A stretch of DNA of 53,874 nt from an uncultured Candidatus Saccharibacteria bacterium. Its GTDB lineage: Bacteria > Patescibacteriota > Minisyncoccia > Phycocordibacterales > UBA918. The stretch is from assembly GCA_964350745.1 (NCBI GenBank), contig CAYGKU010000001.1:23470-77343 (forward strand), given 5' to 3'. A program made the position numbers and the translations under genes. Under the pieces are notes generated by a model that saw nothing but the letters and a program-made list of their open reading frames with translations, was not told the origin of the DNA and did no database searches. Positions 27,487 through 34,160 of this stretch are shown here, piece by piece. How positions within the stretch are numbered: position 1 is the stretch's first letter; the number at the start of each line of letters is the position of its first letter.

Positions 27487-28974
27487 TTACCCCACCTTAT
27501 GCTCCCTCGCTATTTCTTTCAGTGCCTCCGCTTCTTCTTCGGCCAGCTTCTTCTTCCCAGCTTCAGCCAAGGTTCGTAATTCTTCGTCCGGTAGCTGGTA
27601 GAGCTCTATAACTTTGGTTTCCAGGTATTTTTCGTTGTTTTTGCTTGGGTCTATCAGTACCTCCTCCAGCAAGGCATGGAGGGCAAAGCCAAGCTTAGGT
27701 CCGGGTTTCTCACCGGTTACCTCCATGATGCGATCACCGTTGATCTTCAGCATTTTAACCGAAATCGGGTCGCGTAGCGCTTCATCCACCATGGCCTTGT
27801 ATTTACGGAAACGAAATGGCTGTTCTTTAGGGCGTCCGGTGCCAATGCGGTCACAAACCCTTAAATTAAGCAGGTTTTCGATCTCATCCTCCCCTATTCT
27901 AGTGATGGTGCGACGAACGGCCGATAAGGTGATCTGGTCTGGGTCAGCAAAGAACATGTGCCAACGTACTAATTTTTCGATAATTTGTGATTCTTCGCGC
28001 GGATATTTCAGTCTATTCAGGATCTTTTTGGTCATTCTGGCTCCTACCACTTCGTGACCGAAGAAAGTGTACATTTTATTCTTACCACCGGTGCGTCTGG
28101 TGGCTGGTTTGGCGATGTCGTGGAATAATCCGGCGATACGCATGGTGGTGGAATAACCCTTATCCGCCGCCGCCTGCATGGTGCGTAGGTTGTGCTCAAA
28201 TACGTCGTAAGCATGAATTCCGCCCTGTTCACAGCCGATCCCTTCCCGAAGTTCCGGGATGATATATTCAAGCAGACCAAGCTTTTCGAGGAAAATAACG
28301 CCTTGCATCGGGTTGTCGGAGTCGATTATCTTGATGAATTCGGCTGTTACTCGCTCAATAGCGATATTTTTCAGTAAAGCGGAATTCCTCTCGATCCCGG
28401 AAATAGTCTCGCTCTCTATCATAAAATCCAGCTCAGCCGCCAATCTAACAGCTCGCATCATGCGCAAAGCATCCTCAGCGAACCGTTCATCGGCTTTTCT
28501 GACCGTGCGTAGGCGTTTGGCTTTTATATCCTCGATACCATCATATAGGTCAACGGTCTTTTCGTTATTTAGGTTGTAGGCGATGGCGTTGACGGTAAAA
28601 TCGCGTCGAGACAGATCTTCTTCCAAGGTTACTCCAAATTTTACGCTGTCAGGACGTCTAGAATCGCTGTAGCCGCTTTCTATACGGTAAGGCGTGACTT
28701 CTATCACTTTCAGTCTTTCATCCGTCTCTTCGTCGTTTTTGACGCCAACCGTACCATAGTCGTTATTGCAGAAACTGTCTGGAAACAAGGCTTGGATCTC
28801 ATCCGGGTCGGCGTCGGTGGTGAAATCCCAGTCCTTGGGTGTCTTGCCCAAAAGCAAGTCACGCACACAACCACCTACCAGATAGGCTTCAAAACCGGCT
28901 TTGTGAAGGACTTGGCTGACCTGCCGGACAGTTAGGGGTATGTCGTTTTTTCTAATCATAAGTATTTTGGCCAT
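27487..28974 (-). CDS. cca: CCA-adding tRNA nucleotidyltransferase with an HD domain
   Basis: 495 aa. GGCVRDLLLG, DWDFTT, RRDFTVNA head-domain motifs. HD motif LFHDIAKP. Confidence 0.85.
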   Translation of the reverse strand: MAKILMIRKNDIPLTVRQVSQVLHKAGFEAYLVGGCVRDLLLGKTPKDWDFTTDADPDEIQALFPDSFCNNDYGTVGVKNDEETDERLKVIEVTPYRIESGYSDSRRPDSVKFGVTLEEDLSRRDFTVNAIAYNLNNEKTVDLYDGIEDIKAKRLRTVRKADERFAEDALRMMRAVRLAAELDFMIESETISGIERNSALLKNIAIERVTAEFIKIIDSDNPMQGVIFLEKLGLLEYIIPELREGIGCEQGGIHAYDVFEHNLRTMQAAADKGYSTTMRIAGLFHDIAKPATRRTGGKNKMYTFFGHEVVGARMTKKILNRLKYPREESQIIEKLVRWHMFFADPDQITLSAVRRTITRIGEDEIENLLNLRVCDRIGTGRPKEQPFRFRKYKAMVDEALRDPISVKMLKINGDRIMEVTGEKPGPKLGFALHALLEEVLIDPSKNNEKYLETKVIELYQLPDEELRTLAEAGKKKLAEEEAEALKEIAREHKVG

Positions 28975-29069
28975 TGTAGCAGAAAATCGTTGCTTTTTCC
29001 TATTTTTGACGTATGATGATAGTCACGCAGATATTGCATAATTGAATTGCGAAACAAAAACACACAAAA

Positions 29070-29141
29070 GCACCTGTGGTGAAATGGATATCACAACTGA
29101 CTTCGGATCAGTCGTTCTGGGTTCGAGTCCTGGCAGGTGCA
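29070..29141 (+). tRNA. tRNA-Arg (anticodon UCG), no encoded CCA
   Basis: Manual fold. Acceptor GCACCTG/CAGGTGC, anticodon stem ACTGA/TCAGT with loop CTTCGGA, T arm CTGGG-TTCGAGT-CCTGG, discriminator A. Confidence 0.85.
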
Positions 29142-29202
29142 CAGAAAATGTTAAAGACCAGCGATTTAGCTGGTCTTTAACATTTTCTGTGCACCTGCCA
29201 GG
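29129..29202 (+). terminator. 34-bp perfect inverted repeat that includes the last 13 nt of tRNA-Arg, followed by a T-run
   Basis: CCTGGCAGGTGCACAGAAAATGTTAAAGACCAGC-gattta-exact complement, then TGCAGGGTTTTT. Confidence 0.7.
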
Positions 29203-29612
29203 TGCAGGGTTTTTCTGTAGCGATAGCGAAAGAAAAAGCCGTAGCACGACTCGAAGCCCGATTGAGATATTTTATGAGGTGACGAAATAAAATATCCAAT
29301 TGGGGTACTGCTCCTGTTAAGGAGCGAGTCCTGGCGGGCAGCGAGTTCTTAGTAAAATGTGAGGTAACGAAACATTTTACTTAGAACTGGCGCCGAGTCC
29401 TGACAAACTAATGACATTTAAAGCAGACATCAGTCTTTACCCTAATCTTTAATAAAGTTCCATGAACATACCATGGTATGTTCATGGAATACTCAAGTAA
29501 ACAAAGAAGTAACGAATTTTTACTATAGGTCTGAGTGAATACGACAAACGCTACTTAGAATCAGCGCTAGGTCTTTTATCTTAAGTAGAAAATCCATGCT
29601 ATCATCGAACTT
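29203..29612. other. tRNA-Arg-adjacent structured non-coding tract
   Basis: No credible ORF. Hairpins at 29266-29296 and 29345-29387 have unrelated stems but loops GAGGTGACGAA and GAGGTAACGAA. A third loop is GAAGTAACGAA at 29506-29516. Partial tRNA-Arg T-arm copies lie at 29325-29335 and 29394-29402. A 32-bp palindrome lies at 29458-29489. Confidence 0.5.
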
Positions 29613-30293
29613 ATGAACGAATGGTTCGACCAAAATACCATTACCGAATACTCAAAAAAAGCAGTAGATAGAGTTTGGGGTTGGTATGAATATGAGGTTA
29701 ATTTTCCCGACCTGATAAGATTATTGCCGACAAAGCGCGAATCCTTGTTGGATTTTGGTTGTGGTCCGGGAGAATTTACTTCTCTACTTACCCAAGAAGC
29801 CGATCAGGTTACCGGAGCAGATGTTGCTCCCATGATAGCTGTGGCAAAAGATAAGTATCCTGAGGTCAGGTTTATTGCGTGGGACGGTGGCGATCCGGTG
29901 TCAGACGAGTTAGAAAAATATGATGTTGTTTTTGCTAAACTATCACTTCAGTTCGTCGAAGACTTGGAATCAGTTGTAAGACAATTTTATAAGATCACCG
30001 AGACGAACGGCCATTTGGTCGTTTCGGTTCCCAATCCAGATAAAATAAGTAAACAGTTTGGCTTGATTGGCGCTGAAAACAAGCGTTATGTGGATGAAAT
30101 TGGCAATACAGGTATAAAAATATACCCTATACACAGAACCAAAACTGAGTATCTTAGAGTATTCAAAAAAGCCGGCTTTGAAGTGATTGAAATATCCGAA
30201 CCGGTGATACCCAAAGAACTTTGCTATAAATATCAAACTAAGAATGGTGAGTATTCCAGTCGATTCAATTTAAAATTAAGAAGATCACATTAA
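29613..30293 (+). CDS. Class I SAM-dependent methyltransferase
   Basis: 226 aa. Motif I LLDFGCGPGEF, post-I GADVAP. Confidence 0.8.
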   Translation: MNEWFDQNTITEYSKKAVDRVWGWYEYEVNFPDLIRLLPTKRESLLDFGCGPGEFTSLLTQEADQVTGADVAPMIAVAKDKYPEVRFIAWDGGDPVSDELEKYDVVFAKLSLQFVEDLESVVRQFYKITETNGHLVVSVPNPDKISKQFGLIGAENKRYVDEIGNTGIKIYPIHRTKTEYLRVFKKAGFEVIEISEPVIPKELCYKYQTKNGEYSSRFNLKLRRSH

Positions 30294-30344
30294 AACTTGA
30301 TCTCATACACCAGCTACTCCAACTAAAATTTAGATCATCTGTAT

Positions 30345-30803
30345 TTAATTCTCACGCCACTCTACCCACCTCCCCCGCAAATATCCAACGATCTTTTCCA
30401 TCTCCTCTTCACTAAGTCTCTTTCTCTCTTTGGAATCTATATTTTTCTCTAGGGACTTCAGAAACACCGGATACCAATCACCAGGGTTGGGGAAATCTCC
30501 TTTTACTCTAGGAATTACATGAAGATGTAAATGTGGGATGGTCTGCCCTGCTACCTCTCCGTCTTGAATGGTCCAATCAAAGCCGGTAGCTTTGAATTCC
30601 TTAACAATAAAAGTGGTTACCTGTCGTGCAAAAGTAAAAAAAGACTGCAGTTGCTCCTCTTTTAGATCATTTAAGGATCCTAAGGGTTCTTTAGGAAGTA
30701 TTAAAACATGCCCCGGAACAATCGGTGCAATGTTATAAATAGCCATTTCCCCATCAGACTCAGCAAAAATGATATTGCTGACATTGTGTTTCCCAAATTT
30801 CAT
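30345..30803 (-). CDS. HIT-family nucleotide hydrolase/transferase
   Basis: 152 aa. Histidine triad HLHLHVIPR preceded by PGHVLILPK. Confidence 0.85.
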   Translation of the reverse strand: MKFGKHNVSNIIFAESDGEMAIYNIAPIVPGHVLILPKEPLGSLNDLKEEQLQSFFTFARQVTTFIVKEFKATGFDWTIQDGEVAGQTIPHLHLHVIPRVKGDFPNPGDWYPVFLKSLEKNIDSKERKRLSEEEMEKIVGYLRGRWVEWREN

Positions 30804-30840
30804 AGAAAAATTATAACATTTGCTATAATTTAATTACCCT

Positions 30841-31113
30841 ATGGAACTCTCAGAACGATGCATTCAAACCCTAGAAAAAGAAGGCTTTTCAACTATCTAT
30901 GAAGATAGTGAATCTCCAAATACTGTTCATAAGACATACACGCATAAATATAAAGTAGCTCTCTTTGTCACCGAAGGTTCGCTTGAAGTGACTATTAACG
31001 ACAAAGTAAAAACCCTCCAAGCTGGCGGTCGGATAGATATACCAGCAAGCACCCCGCACTCAACCGTCGCCGGCCCTACTGGCTGCCAGTTAGTTATTGG
31101 TGAAATGTCATAA
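30841..31113 (+). CDS. Small cupin-domain protein
   Basis: 90 aa. Single beta-barrel-sized ORF with GGRIDIPASTPHS resembling cupin motif 2. Confidence 0.5.
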   Translation: MELSERCIQTLEKEGFSTIYEDSESPNTVHKTYTHKYKVALFVTEGSLEVTINDKVKTLQAGGRIDIPASTPHSTVAGPTGCQLVIGEMS

Positions 31114-31223
31114 GAATAATCATAAGTTGAACATAGACATTTTATATTTATGTGGTATATTTTAATTGAATTTTAGCCTTATTTAAAGCCATATTATTTG
31201 CGCACACTACCATGAATACCCAC

Positions 31224-31236
31224 ACTTACTAAGTGT
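31224..31236. promoter_or_regulatory. Candidate NrtR operator, site A (ACTTACTAAGTGT, inside the palindrome ACACTTACTAAGTGT)
   Basis: Perfect 15-bp palindrome at 31222-31236, immediately upstream of a TTGACA -35 box. It matches site B at 12/13 positions and is related to the site upstream of nrtR. Confidence 0.4.
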
Positions 31237-31240
31237 ATGC

Positions 31241-31269
31241 TTGACACCAAGTAAGCACTTTGCTACACT
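31241..31269 (+). promoter_or_regulatory. Sigma-70-like promoter for the pncA-vWA-PP2C-kinase operon
   Basis: TTGACA (31241-31246), 17-nt spacer, TACACT (31264-31269). Confidence 0.45.
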
Positions 31270-31275
31270 CTGGGA

Positions 31276-31554
31276 CAGATAGAGAGAACCCGCACACAGG
31301 TGCGGATAAGTTCAATTTTTACATAGTGTATAAACTACACGTTCTACTATAAAGTAGAATATCTTAGAAGTTCGACTGCACATTCAGTGCAGTAATAAAA
31401 ACTACTTACTTAGTGTAGATATAACACTAATAACTTCTTTCTTTTCAGGTGGCGCGTTTTGGGGTTAAAGCCCGGAAGCGCTCCACCTCAACGGAAGGTT
31501 GAGGGTGTTCTTTGAAAATAGACAAAATTATTATCTTACAAAATGGAGAAAGTT
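31276..31554 (+). promoter_or_regulatory. Long structured 5' leader ending in a terminator-like hairpin (candidate attenuator or riboswitch)
   Basis: Several hairpins: CCGCAC/GTGCGG, GTGTA/TACAC, TTCTAC/GTAGAA, ACTGCAC/GTGCAGT, GGTGG-GCGT/GCGC-CCACC. Then CCTCAAC-GGAAG-GTTGAGG (31486-31504) followed by GTGTTCTTT, about 40 nt before the start codon. Confidence 0.35.
31404..31416. promoter_or_regulatory. Candidate NrtR operator, site B (ACTTACTTAGTGT)
   Basis: 12/13 identical to site A. Shares the 11-mer ACTTACTTAGT with the reverse strand of 42171-42181, upstream of nrtR. Confidence 0.35.
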
Positions 31555-32385
31555 ATGAAAGTTCATCTTTTAGTTATCGATCCACAAAACGATTTCATGG
31601 ATATCCCGGGAGCAGCTTTGCCGGTCCCTGGAGCCAATGAAGATATGGTTCGTTTGGCTGGTTTAGTCGATAGAGTTGGAATGAAGTTGCAAAAAATTCA
31701 CATCACGATGGATAGTCATCATCTTGTGGATATTGCTCACCCAGCGTTTTGGAGGGATGTCAATGGCACTTCCCCAGATCCGATGACAATCATCTCGGCA
31801 GAATCTATTGTTGACGGTACTTGGACGCCGCGCAGACCGGAATTGCGTGAATACGCAATTGGGTATGCAAAGCAATTGGAGGCAGATGGTCAGTATCAGG
31901 TAATGATCTGGCCAGCTCACTGCTTGATTGGTAGTTGGGGACACAATGTTCAGTCTGATTTAGCTGCGTCTCTCGATAGATGGAGCGAAAAAAGGATTCG
32001 TAATGTTGATTTTGTGACCAAGGGTACCAATGTTCTTACCGAGCATTATGGTGGTTTGCAGGCGGAGGTTCCGATTGCAAGCGACCCTTCAACTCAACTT
32101 AATGGGCGTTTCTTAGCCATGCTGCAGGAAGCCGATGTTATCGCTGTTGCTGGTGAAGCTTCTAGTCACTGTGTGAAAGCTACTGTTGAGCAAGTTGCCA
32201 ATAATATTGGCGAGGAGCACATCAAGAAGTTTCAACTTTTGACTGATGCTATGTCTCCGGTAGGAGCCGTGACCGATACACAAGGTAACGTGATCGTCGA
32301 TTTTCCAGGTATAGCAAATCAGTTTATTGCTGATATGGAAAAACGTGGAATGAAACGTACAACTACTGCTGATTTTTTAGCATAA
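31555..32385 (+). CDS. pncA: Isochorismatase-fold cysteine hydrolase, nicotinamidase (PncA)-like
   Basis: GGAG lies 6 nt before the ATG at 31555 (the ORF track starts at 31543). Asp in VIDPQNDF, Lys in FVTKG, Cys in GEASSHCV form the D-K-C triad pattern. DSHH could be the metal site. Confidence 0.65.
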   Translation: MKVHLLVIDPQNDFMDIPGAALPVPGANEDMVRLAGLVDRVGMKLQKIHITMDSHHLVDIAHPAFWRDVNGTSPDPMTIISAESIVDGTWTPRRPELREYAIGYAKQLEADGQYQVMIWPAHCLIGSWGHNVQSDLAASLDRWSEKRIRNVDFVTKGTNVLTEHYGGLQAEVPIASDPSTQLNGRFLAMLQEADVIAVAGEASSHCVKATVEQVANNIGEEHIKKFQLLTDAMSPVGAVTDTQGNVIVDFPGIANQFIADMEKRGMKRTTTADFLA

Positions 32386-32434
32386 CCACGTAGGTGCGTT
32401 TTACGCACCTACCTCTAAAAAAAGGAGATATATC

Positions 32435-33193
32435 ATGTCTAATACAACTATGGACGAGTTCCAGATTGGAAGCGGTTTTCAATTCAGCGGTGCAACTATC
32501 AATGAGTTGGAGTCGTCTGAATATACTCTGGTTACTATTGCTTTAGATGAGACTGGTTCTATCCGCGGTTATGAAGAGCAAATTCGTGACATGCTGATAG
32601 CTTCAGTTGAGGCTTGCTTTAGTTCACCTTACTCAGGAAATTTACTGGTGCGAGTGATTCGTTTTGGTTCGCAATACTCACGAAATGGTGGAGGTGGAAT
32701 TGATGAAATTCATGGGTTTAAAACCCTAAATGAAATCAAGACTGCCGATTACCCACAATTTCGTGGTGGAGGCGCCACACCATTACTTGATGCTGTTTTC
32801 TCAGGTGTTGGGGCAATGAATACTTATGCCGAAAGCTTGGATGATATGGATTTCAGCATTAACGGTATTACGTTTGTGATAACCGATGGTGGTGAAAATG
32901 ATTCTGTTGCAACTGCACAAATGGTAAAAGGAGAACTTGAAAAGTCAGTGCGGGGTGAAATTATGGAGTCTCACTTGTCGATTCTGATTGGTATTAATAC
33001 TGGTTACGGAGATGTAGAGAGCACTCTTAAGGAGTTTCAAGCTGAAACCGGAATGAATCAATTCATTTGGGCGGGAGATGCAACCAAAGGCAAGTTGGCA
33101 AAATTAGCCGAGTTTGTTTCTCAGTCTATTTCTTCAACGTCCCAGGCTCTGGGTACAGGTGGTCCGAGTAAAGATATTTCGGCAACCATTTGA
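32435..33193 (+). CDS. von Willebrand factor A (TerY-like) domain protein
   Basis: 252 aa. MIDAS-like DETGS in LVTIALDETGSI, later FVITDGGEND. AAGGAG RBS upstream. Confidence 0.75.
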   Translation: MSNTTMDEFQIGSGFQFSGATINELESSEYTLVTIALDETGSIRGYEEQIRDMLIASVEACFSSPYSGNLLVRVIRFGSQYSRNGGGGIDEIHGFKTLNEIKTADYPQFRGGGATPLLDAVFSGVGAMNTYAESLDDMDFSINGITFVITDGGENDSVATAQMVKGELEKSVRGEIMESHLSILIGINTGYGDVESTLKEFQAETGMNQFIWAGDATKGKLAKLAEFVSQSISSTSQALGTGGPSKDISATI

Positions 33194-33261
33194 ATTGTTC
33201 TTTAAAAATCTGGGAGATGCCAATGGTGTCTCCCTTTTCTTTTATGGATAAGGAGATTGTT

Positions 33262-34137
33262 ATGTTACTAAAAACAGATTTTACGTTTCATCTTGGTGAG
33301 CAACATAGGCGAATTGGGAAACCAAATCAAGACTACGCTTTAAGTGGAGTTTTGGAAAATGGTTTTGCTTACGCTATCGTTAGTGATGGTTGTTCGTCTG
33401 GCGGTATGACAGATGTCGGTTCCAGATTATTGGTTCTGGCAACTAAAAGAGCTTTTGAGACTTATGCCGTAAATCAAGAATTTCTTGGTAGAGAGGAGGC
33501 AGTAAGTGTAATTAATATGTGTCGTGACCATTATCTCGAGACTTATCGTGAGTTACTTGGATTGCAACATGAAGATCTTCTTGCTACTTGTCTTTGGGCA
33601 ATTTGTGATCAAGATTCAGTATTAGTGAATATAGTTGGTGACGGCGTTGTGGGTGTTCGATATGAGAATGAAATAGTCGTACATCGCTTTGAGTGGAATA
33701 AAAATGCTCCATATTATCCAGCTTACCGGCTTGGTAATATGAATAATCGATTCAAGGAAGTTCACGCTGAATGTAAGATTCCGTTCCTATATACCAAAAG
33801 TGTTGTTTCTCAAGAAGGTATAAACCATAGAGTTTCTGATGATACTTCTACGTATAGTGCAGAAGCTGGGATGATGGGACTGACATTTCGTATTGATTAT
33901 GTTGGTGAAAATACAGGCTCAGGAAAACTTCTTACTGTCGCTTTGTTTTCAGATGGAGTGGAGCAGGTTGAAGGACTTACGTATCTTGATGTTGTAAAGA
34001 AACTTATCGAGTACAAGAGTACTAAAGGGCAATTTGCTGTAAGGCGAATGAATCGTTTTCTTAGGGATGTCAGTAAAGTTGGACGTGGAGCGAATGACGA
34101 TATCTCATGTGCTGTTATTCAGATCGGTGAAACGTAG
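33262..34137 (+). CDS. PP2C-like protein phosphatase
   Basis: AAGGAG lies 7 nt before the ATG at 33262 (the ORF track starts at a TTG at 33190 overlapping the vWA stop). NQDYA, VSDGCSSGG, LFSDGV, NDDISC resemble the PP2C_2 type found in TerY-P triads. Confidence 0.7.
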   Translation: MLLKTDFTFHLGEQHRRIGKPNQDYALSGVLENGFAYAIVSDGCSSGGMTDVGSRLLVLATKRAFETYAVNQEFLGREEAVSVINMCRDHYLETYRELLGLQHEDLLATCLWAICDQDSVLVNIVGDGVVGVRYENEIVVHRFEWNKNAPYYPAYRLGNMNNRFKEVHAECKIPFLYTKSVVSQEGINHRVSDDTSTYSAEAGMMGLTFRIDYVGENTGSGKLLTVALFSDGVEQVEGLTYLDVVKKLIEYKSTKGQFAVRRMNRFLRDVSKVGRGANDDISCAVIQIGET

Positions 34138-34160
34138 GCGTAGATAAATAGGAGGTTACT

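Noticed and set aside
29023-29290. ORFs 29023..29247 (-) and 29042..29290 (+) across tRNA-Arg
   Set aside because: They read through the tRNA gene and its 34-bp hairpin, so they are artefacts.
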